Of a stretch of DNA of 64,000 nt, positions 1-13,814 are shown one piece after another. Source of the DNA: Camelus ferus (lineage: Eukaryota); contig NC_045697.1 in the NCBI RefSeq assembly GCF_009834535.1, forward strand, positions 55,554,001 to 55,618,000. Direction: 5' to 3'. The notes beneath the pieces are model-generated. The model had not been told where the DNA came from, did no database searches, and saw only the letters and a program-made list of their open reading frames with translations. Position numbers and translations under genes: made by a program. Positions within the stretch are counted from its first letter, which is position 1. Each line of letters begins with the position of its first letter.

Positions 1-3000
1 TAGGCTCCAGAGATTTACTATTGACAAATTATGAAAACTGTACTTCTAAATAATTATATTCCTCGATTTCCTCTAAGCAACCTTTCTCCACATGTTCTAG
101 TAAATGGTATTTGTTCATCGAAGTATGCTAAAGCAGACTTCATAAAAGTGAACAAAATGAATCCCCATCCAGTGAAACTCAATTAATAATGCTGGTTACT
201 TGTACACAGAAACAAAACTTGGGTTAGTCAAGAACCTACCCTACCACCTCTAGATATTTGACAAATTAGAAAACATTTTTAGTACATCAGAGAAAATTGA
301 TAAGTCAATATGCAAACAGTTGTATGAAATTTATGAAACAGGAATAAAGCCATTCTTTCCTGTAGTGATGTTTAAAATATGTTAAATCCAAGAAAGTGTT
401 TAGTATATATATACTTTTAGGCATATTTGGAATCCCAGGAATATGCAGACTTTAATATGCTGCAGTGTCTGGTTTCGACAGCTAGACACCTGAATTTTTA
501 ATAAAAAGTGCCAGAAAAATCTTATAATTTTGAGCAATATATTTGAACTTGAAATGAATAATAGCTTCTTCTGGGAAAACTGAAAACTCAAAGTTTATGT
601 AATGAGGTTTTAGCAAATATTATATGTAAGATCTTGTCCTTCTTCCTATTTTCTTTTATTCTCTAAGAGGTAATTCCACATGCATGCAGAATAAACCTGA
701 CTTGTTCCCCTCGAGGATTTCTGGAGAATTTACATCCTGATTTGCTCTACTTTTGCCAAGAAAGACTCACCACACCTACCTGTGGTCTATATAAGGTCCC
801 TAACACCAGAGGAAGAGAAGAAAGATTAACTGTGGATTCTTAAAACAATATTTATGTGACCTGTTTTCCTGTTCTACCTTTAAAAATGTTTTCTTAAAAA
901 TATGCCTTGTTTAAGAAATGTCCATTATGTCTATTTATTTAAGATATGTCTATTTATCTAATTACCTATCTATCTTCCATTATCTCCAAATTCATCTTGT
1001 TCCAATAACTTCACTTTCCTTTTCTTTATCCACATGCTTACAGGATATTTAAGAGTCATTCTAAAGGCTGTATGCATTTATTAACAGCACATTATAAAAA
1101 TATACTTTAACTATAGTTTTAAATATTTTAGACCTTGCTCTCCAATAAATTATCTTACTACATTTTTGTTAAGCAATATTTGTTCATCAGTATATACTAA
1201 GAACAGTTTAAATGAATAAATGTATAAATATATAAAATATATGTATAATTAAATAAATGTATATATACAGTCTACATAAGTTTGGGTACATACACACACA
1301 CACAAACATTCATACATATACATATTATGTAAATTGCTTTTGTTCCAGAGTCTCATAAAACCCATGGAAAAAAGAAAAATTTACTGCTGGCTAAGGTTTC
1401 AATGAAGGAAAGGAAATAATAATATACAGATCTTTTACAATTTCTAAACTATTTCTCAATTCCTATAGTAAAATGGCAGTAGAAAAGCATATTCATTCAT
1501 ATACATCTTTTCAATTGATCATTCTCCATTTTTTGTACCGTTCTTTAGAGGGTCTATTTTATGCCAGGTTAACCTCCGTAACTTCTGCTTTAAGACAGCC
1601 CTTGAATATGCATTACTACCTCTCCATTTGTTAATTCAGTCCTCTTTTAAACAGACCATGAACATATATCATACAAACTTCTGTCCAGTTGCTCCATATA
1701 GAGATTCTGTATAGTCAATCATTATCAAACCCAGCTTACTTCTTCTCCCAGGTGACTGTAGATTGAATGAAATTTATTGTTGGCCAAGATGAAGAGACAG
1801 TGAGATTATTGGAGGAAATCTCCAGGTACCTTCAGGTGAAGGATGGGAGTTAAACAACTTCTGAATCTCTGCCATCTTATATCTGGATTATTGCCACAAA
1901 TATATCAATGTGCTTCCCTTTACATATAAAAGTTTTATATCTATCACACAACCAAAGGGAAACAATATAGGGGTTTTGATTAATTTATGAATTTATCAAA
2001 AATTATGTTTTAAGCATTATACTTTATGTGTATAGTTAATGTTAAGACTTCCTACGGAAATATTCATGATTTAAAACAACGATTGGTGACTTTATACAGT
2101 TCTCAAAAATGTCAAAAGACATTTGATTACCCAAAACACTCAATCATTTTTCAATTCTACAGTTATTATAGGATAGTGAAAAAGATGTTAACCTGGTTTT
2201 AGAGACTCTAGGTTTTAGTCTGGGAATTTTACTCTGAGTTCTTCCCATATCAAGCAGAGCAGTCTCCTTTTTGTGAGAAATGAGATAGTTAAAAGAGCAT
2301 TAACAGTCAATATTTTTATGACAATAATCATTACCTTTTGTCTAATTAGAATTTTCATTAAAGTAGCTGATACTACCCATGCGTAGTGTGACTGGAAAAC
2401 TTATCACCTAAACCAAACCAATTTTGAGACAGAAAAGGAATGCTATTAAAAATCAGGCACATACCAAGACTCTTCCAGGAAGGAAGACACTGAAGGACAT
2501 GGTGCCCCTTCCCATTCAGTTTATAAGCTTCATATTCCTTTTCTCATAATTCATAAATGCTTATCTGTTTCTAATCTTATCTCAGTATGGATATTTTATT
2601 AGATTTATGCTCTATAAAATCCCATCTCTATATTTAGTTACCGATAATCTATACTTAAGTTACATGATTTTTCTTCCACCATATTCTAATATTCACTATA
2701 GGCAATTCCCCAATTATGCTTATAAATCACAAAATTCTGCCAGTAATGTAAATTATCACCACTGACTCCTTTGCATTGTGTTCTGCCTATTTTTATTTTA
2801 CCTTTTTTTTCCCCACATTAATTTCTTTTCTAATACAAACTCCCAGGTCACTGATTTCTCTCATTCCTTCTAATCCCAACACTTTTCCCCTGACATGCTC
2901 CTCATCATCTGAATTCACTTCAATATTTTTTACACACAGGAATCCATGAAAGACAGTATGAACTAATTTCTTGCTAGCATTCTTGGTGTCGTCCACTCCT

Positions 3001-3244
3001 GACAATCTACCTTACTGATTCCTAATTTTAATAATAATCATGATGATGATAATAATAATAAATCAGATCAATATTTGCTTCCTTTTTCATGTTATGTGGC
3101 ACTAGCAAAATAAATTACTGTAACCATGGCACTTAGTAAAAGTTCACGTTTTTTAGGTTCAATTATTTACATCCTTGCCTAGCATCATTTCACAATCTCT
3201 AGTTGATTATAACATATAGAAGAATAGCTACTTGTCTTAAAATT

Positions 3245-5770
3245 TATTCACAAAAACCTCCCAACAAACAAAAGTACAGGACCAGAAGTCTTCACTGGTG
3301 AATTCTGCAAAACACTTAAAGAAGTATTAAGAAAAATCCTTCTCAAACTTTTCCAAAAAGAAGAAAAGAAAATACTTCCAACTCAAATCAGAAAGGCAGA
3401 ATTACTTTGATACCAAAACCAGAGAAGGATGCCACAAGAAAAAAAAAAAATACTGGCCAATATCCCTAATGAACATAGACGTAAAAAAACCTCAACAGAA
3501 TACCAGCAAATGAAATGCAATGGTACATCAAAACTGTTATATAGTTTGATCAAGAAGGATTTATTTTAGAGATGAAAGGATGGTTCAAAATCTGAAAATT
3601 AATGTGGCAAATCGCATTAATAAATGAAGGATAAAAATTATATAATCATCTCAATAGATGCATAAAAAGCATTTGACAAAAAAATTCACTCATGATAAAA
3701 ACTCTCAGTGAAATGGGTATAGAGGCAGTATACCTCAACATAGTAAATACCAACTATGATAAGCTCACAGCAAACATCATACTCAATGGTGAAAAGCTGA
3801 AAGCTTTTCTTCTAAGATCAGGAACAAGACAAGGATGCTCACTCTCACCAGTTTTATTCAACATAGTATTGGAAGTCCTAGCCAGGGAAATTAGACAAGA
3901 AAAGAAATAAAAGTCATCCAATTGGAAAGGAAGAGATAAAACTATTATTGGCAGATGACATGATATTACATGTAGAAAACCCTATAAACGCCACCAAAAA
4001 ATTGTTGGAACTAATCAAGTTCAGTAAAGTTGTATAACATAAAAATCAATATATAAAAATCTTTTGTATTTCTCTACATTAATAACAAAATATCAGAAAG
4101 AAAATGTAAGAAAACAGTCCCACTTACAATTGCATCAAAAATACTAAAATATATAGTAATAAATTTAACCAAGAAGGTGAAAGTAGATAAAACCTATACA
4201 CTGAAAACTGTAAGACATTAGTAAAGGAAATTGAAGAAGAGAAGTAAATGGAAAGAGATTCTGTGCTCATGGATTGAAAGAATATTGTTCAAATATCCAT
4301 ACTACCCAAAGAAATCTACAGATTCAATACAATCTCTATTAAAATACCAAGGGCATTTTTCACAGAACTATAACAAGTAATTTTAAAATTTGAATGGAAA
4401 AACAAAAGACCCTGAATAGCCAAAAAAAAAACCAAAACAAACAAACAAAAAACTCTTGAGAAAGAAGAACCTAGCTGAAGGCACCAGCCATCTGATTTCA
4501 AACTATATGATAAAGCTACAGTAATCAAAACAGTATGGTATTGGCATAAAAAACAGGCACACAGCTCAATGGAACCGCACTGAAAGCCCAGAAGCCAACC
4601 TACACATATATGGCCAATCAAGTCACAACAAAAGAGCCAAGAGTATACAATAGGGAAAGGATATTCTCTTCAATAAATGATTCTGGGAAAATTGGACAGC
4701 CACATGTGAAAGAATAAAACTGAATGATTATCTTATGCCATACACAAAAACAAACTCAAAATGGATTAAAGACTTGAACATAAAACCTGAAACTTCAAAA
4801 CTACTAGAAGAAAACACAGGCATTAAACTCTTTGACTGGTTTTGCTGATGATTTTTTTGGATTTGACACCAAAAAGCAAAGGTAACAAAAGCAAAAATGA
4901 ACAAGTAGTACTACATTAAGCTAAAAAGTTTTCACACAGCAAAGAAAATCATCAATAAAATGAAAAGATAACCTAATGGGAAAAATATTTACAAATCATG
5001 TATCTATAAGGAGCTAATATGATAAATATACAAAGAACTCATACAACTCAGTAGCAAAGAAACCAATCCCATTAAAAAATGGATCTGAATAGACATTTTC
5101 CAAAGAAGATACACAGGTGAAAGGTGTCCAACATCACTAATCATTAGGAATGAAATGCAAATCAAAACCACAATGAGATAACAATTCATACCTTTTATAA
5201 TGGCTTTTATCAACAAGAAGAAATAACAAGTGTTGGCAAGGATGTAGAAAAAGGGAACCCTTGTTCACTGTTGCTAGGAATGTAAATTGGTGCAGCCAAT
5301 ATGGAAAACAGTATGGGGGCTCTTCAAAAAATTAAAAACAGAACTACCATATGATCTAACAATTCTACTTCTGGGTATTTATCTGAAGAAAATGAAAAAA
5401 CTAACTCAAAAAGATACGTATCTCCATGTTTACTTCAGCATTATTATTTACAATAGAAAAACATGGAAGCAACCTAAGTGTTCAATGATGGATGGATGGA
5501 TAAAGAAAATGTGATATATATTCAACCATAAATGAAGGAAATGTTGCCATTTGTGACAACATGGAATGACCCCCTTAGGGCATTATGCTAAGTGAAATAA
5601 GTCAGAGAAAGAAAGACAAACACCATGTAATCTCACATACCTGTGGAATCTAAAAATAATTAAAAAGACAAAACAAAACAAAAAAATGAGGTCATAGATA
5701 TAGGGAACAGATTGATAGAGTTGCCGGAGGCAGGGTATGGGGATGAGCAAAACTAGTGAAGGTGGTCAAA
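3245..5770 (+). mobile_element. Degraded 5'-truncated LINE-1 (ORF2 reverse-transcriptase region to start of 3'UTR; older L1MA/L1MB-like)
   Basis: ORF fragments translate to L1 ORF2 motifs: [38 protein letters not shown] (3692-3910) and VQPIWKTVW...KTWKQPKC...WIKKM (5287-5514). Many stops and frameshifts; A-rich plus strand. Confidence 0.93.
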
Positions 5771-6956
5771 TATATATATTTTTAAAGCTCCCAAATCCTT
5801 TTCTCCAATTTTATTATATTCACTATCCAATAAAGTAAGGACTATCATAGAAAAAAAAATTCTTCATCTCCATTTCTGTCCACCTCCCCACACTGTGTGC
5901 CCTGTTGTAAGAAAATTAAATTAACCAAATTCTCTTCCTCCACTTCAACAAATATGTTACTTATAAACATCCATTCACTCTTCTTACACTAGTCTCTAAA
6001 TAAGTTCTATGTACGTCAAGATCATGTATCTTTTCCTGTGAGAAAAAACCAGACACGTTGTCTTCTGTCATTCATTCAAAGAATCCTTCATATTTAAAAA
6101 TTGGGGTTTCTAGCGTTGGGGATTGTAGATAGATTTCATGTTACAAAGTTAAAAGTGAGAGTTAAGATGCCCAAAATATGGTACTAACTCATAGATGCTT
6201 TTGTTTTGGATCATAAGCCTTGTGAGAGAGATACTTGTTGAGGATAGCTTATCTCACAGATGGTGAAAGTTATCCTTTCATAAACTGAGATTGTGGAACA
6301 TGATTGCAAAAGGGTCCAGGAGATAGGGCTCTATCCAGAGTAGCGTACTGAAGGGGACAAATGAAGATGTACATGAATGTCTGAGAGACTGAACAGCAAG
6401 ATGTATAGCCTTTATGGTCTATTTGGATTGGACTGAGTAAATCCAAAATAAATTCAAATTTTATTGTCCCTTCATGAGGACAATGTTATACAAGCCCCTG
6501 CTTCTTGGACTACTCTACTGAGGAGGAGAGCTCTAAAATATGATTAATATGGAATATCCCATCAGCTACCTGACAGAAATGGATTTATCCAATATACCAA
6601 AAGTAACAGCTATCTGGATATCTGAAAAATGTTATTTAACTGTATTAATGTATTTAGTAAAGAATCTCAAGGAATTTAGACCCTTTATTTCTACCCATAA
6701 TAACTCTATCAAAACATATCAGAATGCTTTGAACTGATTCTCATTTCTCCTTATATTTTTTTCACTTCCTTCAAAAGTATACTTTAAACTCTACTTTTAA
6801 GGACAAGATTTTTTTTGTTTCTACTTCTTAAATTCTCCCAGAATACTACTGTAGGCATATTCAAATATCCTTTTTTTCTCTGCAGTCTCAGTTTTCTGCA
6901 TTTTAAAAATAATCTTAAGAGCCCCAAACATTATATTTTCTAATGCCCGATCTTAG

Positions 6957-7471
6957 TGGATTAGGCAGAGTTCTACTGAGAAACAGAACCAATAGGAGAT
7001 ACATCAAGACTTAAGAAGTACAGATGGATTATAAGGTTATTGGCTCACATGATTATGGAGGCTCAGAAGTCCCACACTTTGTCTTCTGCAAGCTGAAGAC
7101 CCTGAAAAGCCAGTGGTATGGTTTAAAGATCTGAGAGTCAGAGAGCTGATAATGCAGATTCCAGTCCTGATCTGAAGCCTGAGAACTAGCAGAATCAAGG
7201 ACAGTGTAAGATTTCTGGTGCAAGTTCAAATAGTCAGGCAGAGAGTGAATGCAACCTTCCTTGGCCTTTTTTGTTCTGTTCAGGCCCTCAAAGGATTGGA
7301 TGATGCCCACCCACGGTGAGAAGGGCCATCTGCTTTATACAGTTCACCAATTCAGATGCTAAAAGATGCTCTCTCAGAAACACCCAATAGACACACCTAG
7401 AAATAACGTTTAACCAGATGTGTAGGTATCCTGTGGCACACTTAAATTGACACAGAAAAGTATCCATCACA
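6957..7471 (-). mobile_element. ERVL solo LTR, MLT2 family (MLT2C/D-like)
   Basis: The reverse complement begins tgtgatggatacttttctgtgtcaatttaagtgtgccacagg and contains gtgggtgggcatcatccaatcctttgagggcctgaacagaacaaaaaaggc, matching the recalled MLT2 consensus. Confidence 0.85.
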
Positions 7472-7742
7472 TTCTCATTCTCTCTTTCAAGCCTTAAAGA
7501 TCAGGGTCCAATGTAGTTAATTTCAAGTAAATATTTGTTGGTAACAATTCTTGTTCAGCATTTTTATTATACATTCTAACTTACTTTTCTTAACCTCTTA
7601 AGTCTGACATTATTTCTCCCTTTGCTCTACTGAGAGAGTAAGATCTAACTTCTTCAGGAAGCCTATTTAATTAACCTCACCTGATTCTCAAAATGTCAGT
7701 AAAATTTATACCCATTTTTTTCCTTTGGCTTTTCTTGAAGTT

Positions 7743-8189
7743 TTTATTAGTTATCTAAGACTACACTAAGAAAATTACCAAAAACTGGATGGCTTGGCAC
7801 AATGGAAAGCTATTCTCCATATATGCTAGAGGCCAGAATATCTAAACTAAGGTGTTGGCAGGACCAGGCTCCCTCTGAAAGCTCTACTAATTTTTTTTTT
7901 GTTGTTGTTGTTTTTTGGATTTTTTTGCCTCCTCAAGCTTCTGGTGGCCCCAGGAGTTCCTTGGCTTGTGTCTGTATCACTCCAGTAACTGCTCTATTGT
8001 CACATGTCCTTCTTCTTGCTTATGTCTCTATCACCCCCTTTATCAGTACACAATCATTGGATTTAGAACTCACCTTAATCCTTAAATCTTAATTATATCT
8101 GCAAAGACCCCCATCCAAATAATGTCACATTCACAGCTACCAGAACTTAGGACTTGAACATATCTTTTGGGGGAACACAATTCCACACA
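7743..8189 (-). mobile_element. MaLR LTR, MLT1 family (MLT1B/C-like)
   Basis: The reverse complement begins ...gaattgtgttcccccaaaagatatgttcaagtcctaag...gtgaatgtgacattatttgga...tctttgcagatataattaag, a typical MLT1 5' end. Confidence 0.85.
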
Positions 8190-8341
8190 CTGCCTGCAGG
8201 TGGAGTTTCCCAGAAAAAGACTGAGACACAGGTAGAATGTTTAATGGAGAGTACTCTTTGAATCAAAAGTGATGTGGAGTGAATGACTCAAGACTAGGGA
8301 GGGAGAGAATTTGAACTGTGATGCAGTTAAAACAGTGGTTA

Positions 8342-8900
8342 TGCTAGGTAGTTAGATAAATGGGCAGACAGGTGGAGGAGAGGGAGGATGGTCTAGAAGA
8401 TCATGTTATGCCTGCCTCCAGCCTAAAGGGACTTCTAAACTAGTGCCAGCAAAAAAAAAACGAAAAAAAAAAAAAAAAACCAAAAAAAAAAAACCTGGTT
8501 AAAATCTGACAGCCTTGACTGTGAGGTAGCAGAAAGGACTTAATCCGACACAACCAATGCTCATTGTATTATAATTAACACTGCGTTTTAGCCCCCCTCC
8601 CAAGGGTTTTTCTATGTATACCAAGGGTAAGGATATATACAAAGAGGCCAAACATGACTAAGCATTCCAGGGACAAGAGCCATCAATCAACCAAAAGACC
8701 ACCTCTAAGCAAGGGTATCAGAGAAAGGGGATTCTCCCTTGGATCAGCCTGCCTCCTATTCTTGGGGGTGTACTTTTCCTTCCTTTCTTTTTAAATAAAT
8801 TTAAAAAAAAAAATCTTTTGCTACACAACGCACCATCTCCCAACTGTAAACTTGTCTTTCGGGTATGACAAGATCAGGGTCTTTACCCTCTGGGGTAATA
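8342..8900 (+). mobile_element. ERV1-class solo LTR nested in the ERVL 3' LTR
   Basis: Starts TG (tgctaggtagttaga) and ends ggggtaata (CA mutated to TA). Flanked by a 4-bp direct repeat GTTA (8338-8341, 8901-8904); AATAAA near 8794. The host LTR sequence resumes on both sides. Confidence 0.75.
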
Positions 8901-9289
8901 GTTAGTGAGCTGTGAAACTCTGGAAGAGAATAATCCTACAGAATTATCCCACATTGTACTAAGAGACCACATCTTTTTTTATGCTAATTTAACAGTCATT
9001 GCATATGAGTTGCCTCTGGGGATTAGACTGACAATTAAGTAAATCAGTTCCCAAAGAGGGATTGGCTGACAACTGCCAGCTAGCAGCACACCCAGGAGTT
9101 AAGGAAATGAATGCTTCAATCCTGAGGCACAGGTGAAGACAAAAGCTGTAGGGTGATCCAGTCCAATCCACCCATACCACTGGATCTACATTGTTTTGTA
9201 ACATAAGTACCAGACAGAGCTAATTCAAGATTCTGGTGGGTCTCTTCATTAGGAGAATTTACAAGGTTTATGAATAAAGTATATGTCAT

Positions 9290-9450
9290 TATAGCTGGTC
9301 TTAAGGCCACAACTGATCCATGCCATTTCCCTCCCTCTACTACTCATTAATAGAGTCCCTTGACCCTCAGCTAGCTCCTCTGCTGGCCTGCGTGGCTTTT
9401 CTTTCGGGGTTACACGGATTCTCATTTCAACATTTGAACCATTAGTCACC
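9290..9450 (-). pseudogene. ERVL pol C-terminal remnant
   Basis: Translation VTPKEKPRRPAEELAEGQG followed, after a frameshift, by QLWP*DQL. This resembles the ERV-L pol terminus VTPPGKKPRPAEVLAEGKG...QLRPRDQL as recalled. Confidence 0.7.
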
Positions 9451-9891
9451 ATGCTATTTCCTTTCCCACACAAACTGAGCAAGGAAATACAAAAAGATGC
9501 TCAAGTGAATTATTTAGGTGTCAAAGAAGTTCTTCACTGTGCCACTGTGTAAAAGGTGCCCTATCTCAACTTGATAATCATAGTTCCTCTGCCAAAATGG
9601 TGCACCCCCTCTTTGCCCACTGCTCTATTAGCACAGTAAGCCCATTATATCTGAGGAATATTGAAACTTGAAGTTTAACGGGATTCTTAATGTATTCCCC
9701 TAAAGAGTTTTCCCACTAAGAATCAGAGAAGCAGGTATAGAAATCATGATTTCTCAAAGTGAGTCATTGAGAGGAATAGTAAATAGGGTCATTCCTATTT
9801 CTACACCCAAACCCAACACACATACTGGTAATTAATTCGGAGGTCTGTACTCTATCTTTAAGGATAGCATGTCATCCTTGCAGGCTAATAT

Positions 9892-10407
9892 TGTAATAGG
9901 GAAGAACAAATCTGAATCCTTATTAGATCTATTCCTTTAGCTCTAACCCTGTGCTCTGTCTCCTGTGCTTAGTCATGCAGGTTCTGTACCTTTTGCAAAA
10001 TAATGTTGCCTATAGCCTAAAATATACAGGATAGCCCATTCTCAAGGCTCTGAACTTTAAGGGTATTAACACTTTCTCATTCATAGAAAGATAAAAAGTT
10101 GTAGAACAGAGAATAACATTGTCTTCGAGATTTACAGGAACATCAGATCTGACCTACATGGACATCTGCAATTACAAAGGATTCTGACACTAAGAAGTTT
10201 GCAACAACCAACCACATCCCCTCCCCCTTTAAGTATAAAAGAAGCCTGAATTCTGACTTGGGTAAGATGTTTCTCCAGGACATTAGTCTGTCATCTTCTC
10301 AGTCTGCTGGTTTTTCAAATAAAGTCATTATTCCTTGCCCCAACGCCTCATCTCCCGATTTATTGGCCTGTCATGTAGTGAGCAGAACCAGTTTGGACTT
10401 GGTAACA
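9892..10407 (+). mobile_element. Intact ERV1-class solo LTR, 516 bp (MER41-like ungulate family, by recall)
   Basis: TGTAAT...GTAACA termini; perfect 4-bp TSD ATAT (9888-9891, 10408-10411); TATAAAA at 10234-10240; AATAAA at 10318-10323. Confidence 0.9.
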
Positions 10408-11366
10408 ATATCTCCAGGCAGATTCCTCAACACAGCTTCAAAGCGTGTTTCTCTCATTCTATCAGGCTGATAGTTTTCTGGGCAGTATAATATGTAATAA
10501 AACCACAAGATCCAATTGTCATATACTAATTGCCACATGTTTTCCTGTTTAAGAAAACTTTTGTCTGATATAATATTCCTTAGGATCAAACATACACTAA
10601 GCCTTTAGATAGTAATGTTGATGGAAGATATGTGGGCAGGATATGAACACATATGCTTAGACTATGTATTGATCCCAGTTAAGATGAATTGTTGCCCCAT
10701 CCAGGATGAGAAGGGCCCAATTTAACAGTGAGTGTAGCTTGACCAGCCATGGTAAATGCAAGCCTTTGCACCTTTTGCCCGACTTGGTCTACACAAGATG
10801 CTTAACATTCAGCTTCTTAGTGATGTTTCTGCCCCTCTCATCAACAGATTCCTCAGTCTTTGCTAAGTGAAGTGTTACTGAAGTCCTCTTGAAGAACACA
10901 TTCATAAGTTTTCCAGTATTACAGAATGTAACCCCTTGAACATTTCTGTAAGTCTTGATCACTATTTGCAATATCTGTCAAAGTAGCTCTGTCATTAATA
11001 CCTTAATTATATCTTAATTATTGTGGCCCACTTCTTTCTCCAAGCTTCCAAGAGTCATACCATCATCCAGATGTCTTACCAGCAAGGTGTTTCCATGTCA
11101 ATACATTCTCCCTTTTCCTCATCCATAATGTGACATAGATGAAATACCATTCAACTTAAAATAATCCATATTATGTTTCAGTGTCCTTGATCTAGAACCT
11201 CAAGATTAAGTTTCATGAATATTATCACAATTCTAGCTGGTGAATATTGCCAGGTCTTGCAGCTCTTTTAATAGATCCAGACATTTCTGGATCAAGTATA
11301 TTGTGACTTTAGCCTTAATTATTGTTCTGGTGATCAAGAGGGGTAAGGAAGATTTTTAAATTTGGA

Positions 11367-11367
<1 letters not shown>

Positions 11368-11399
<32 letters not shown>

Positions 11400-11420
11400 C
11401 ATACACACACACACACACAC
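11368..11420. repeat. (TA)n(CA)n compound microsatellite
   Basis: Directly visible dinucleotide runs. Confidence 0.95.
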
Positions 11421-12362
11421 AAGACAGTCATCACAATGTCTCCAATTAAGGTGAGAAGCATTAGCTTTTAAAAGGAAGATGTGGACAATTTCTCAGACTC
11501 GGAGAGCTGAAGACAATACAGGGATTCAAATTATTTTAGGCCTCATCTTTTCATACTATGCTTTAAGACCCCATTTCCTCCCAATCTGGACCTTGACCCT
11601 GCTGGGCAGAATTGCCAAGATCTAGAATTCAACCTTCTCCAGAGCTGTGGAAAGCACTGAGAAATGACTGAAATGGAGAAGTTTTTCAAGCAGTGCTCTG
11701 TTCTCAAGATCAGCTCAGTACCTATAGTGGAATAAAGAACGTAAGATTGGATAGTGAAAAAAGAAAAACAAAAAAGCTCTTGGTAGATACCATAGTGAGC
11801 TCTGGATTTGGGATGGCTTTATAAAGTTGCTTGCACTGAATCTGAATAGGGCAGATGTTAATATCCTGATTAACTGGCCATTTTACATGAACCCTCCCTG
11901 GTAAGGGAGATCTTAGTGAGATGACTTTTCTGTGCAAGGGCAGTTTCTCCAAATGATCTCATCTGAGAACATTCAGCTGCCAACAATACCAGCAACTGAG
12001 AGAATAAGTGCTTCCATCTTAAAGGAGATGGGAGCAGAATCTAGGCAACATACATGATCTACAACGGCTTTTATTAGTCTGCTTTTGTTAATTTGTTTTA
12101 CGGTATAAGTTATATAATTAATTTTTACCATAAAACAAACAAATACAATGCTAGAAAAGTTTTATATCTTCAGTAAAACTATTGATATCTTACTACTGAA
12201 ACTCAATATTGGAAAATTGCTTATTTTTTTCTTGACAGGTAAGTACATGAAGTTAATTTAAAAACTAAGTAGAAAAAAATTTATATAATTTATCTCATGG
12301 AAAAAAAGAAGAAAAACTACTCAAGGAAAACCAAGATTTCTTTCAAACAGAATTATACATTA

Positions 12363-12550
12363 CAGTTGAGTCTTCAACAACATGGTTTTGAATTGTGCGT
12401 ATCTACTTTTATGCAAATTTTTTCTACAGTAAATATTACAATACTAGACAGTCTGTGATTGTTTGAATTCACAATGCAGAAGAATCTTTGATATGGAGGG
12501 CCTGACTAGAAATTATAGTTAGATCAACCCTCATGTTCTAGGATCAACTG
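12363..12550. mobile_element. TcMar-Tigger MITE (Tigger2/MER8-like)
   Basis: Terminal inverted repeats cagttgagtcttcaaca...tgttctaggatcaactg, with TA on both flanks (12361-12362, 12551-12552). Confidence 0.88.
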
Positions 12551-13814
12551 TATGTGTGTGTGTATAAACACATACAATATGTATAAACATGTATATGTAT
12601 TTAATATGTATTACATATGTACAATATTATATATCATGTATGTATTATTTAGTATTGCTTATTATTTTTTTATTATTTAATGTATCTTATAAATGTTTAA
12701 ACAAAATTTCCAGTAAACAATGTTATTCAAACTCTGATTGCTTTTTCATGATCTGTCTTTAAAGATGGAGGGTGGCACAAATGAAGTGCCATTCCAGCAT
12801 AGAATAGCTCCTGCTCTTCTCAAGGCATATTAGACATTTATTTTCATTTGAAATACTTCCTCTTGATCTTGTTAGCATACTCTAGCTACACCATTTTGAT
12901 TGTTGGCAGAAAAACAAACAAACTTGTAGATAAAGCCATCTGTTGACTATTTTCCTTAGGACTTTCTCATTCCTGGTAGTAAACAAAATTTAGGAAAACA
13001 AACCACAGGAACTGATTTTATTTCAATTGACACATGCACCATGACTTTTTTTCCCCACTGTTATAGAACTAGTTCCAGACACAATCAAACATTGACACTT
13101 AGCGGTGAGGTCCAAACTGCTCAAATTTTGAAGGTGCATGGTAAAACTAAATTTGGGCCAGGAACCCTCCCTGGCGTAGTATTTATCCTATGATAGTCTG
13201 ACTATTCATTCTTGCCAACTAACAGTTTACTCCAGATCCTGAAATGTTGCCTCATTTGAACTTTGGAAAACATATCCCATTCCTTGTTGCTACTAAATTA
13301 TAAAAAAAAACTAAACGACTTTGTCTCTTATGGTAAAGCAGTGTGAGGACAATTCAAACTGTACCATTAAATATAAATATAACATATATGATGTAAAAGT
13401 GTTAGACTTTATTATTTTATTACATATATAAGTATTAGAATTCTATTAAATTCTATTTTTTTAATATATGGAAAAACAATCTTGTGAAATCTTACAAAGA
13501 GAGCCATAATTAATAATAAAATGTATGTTTCTGATTTAATTAAAATCATATATTCTTTTTCCTGGATAATAAAGAAATGTAAAAAAAATGACCACCTAGA
13601 AAATGAAGATGGGGTGAGACTTGATAAAACTAATATTCTATGCCTTTAAATTTTATGATTTATGGTTGAAAGACAGTTATAGGCTCCACAAAGTACTCTA
13701 ATAATGGCAACTGATGTTTCATATTCAGGGGAAGCAAATTAGATAACTTGAATGTCATTACCTCACAGACACTAAATGGCTCTTCGTAATTTTTAGAAAT
13801 TAAAAAATGGGGAT

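Larger units (their letters stand above)
8195..12063 (-). mobile_element. Ancient ERVL provirus relic (LTR16/HERV16-like): 5' LTR about 11640-12063, deleted internal region, 3' LTR about 8195-9165
   Basis: Two same-orientation segments resemble each other and the recalled LTR16 consensus (gcacttattctctcagttgctgg / gcattcatttccttaactcctggg; ccatcccaaatccagagctc; ctgcatcacagttcaaattctc). An ERVL pol-end peptide remnant lies between them. Confidence 0.7.
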
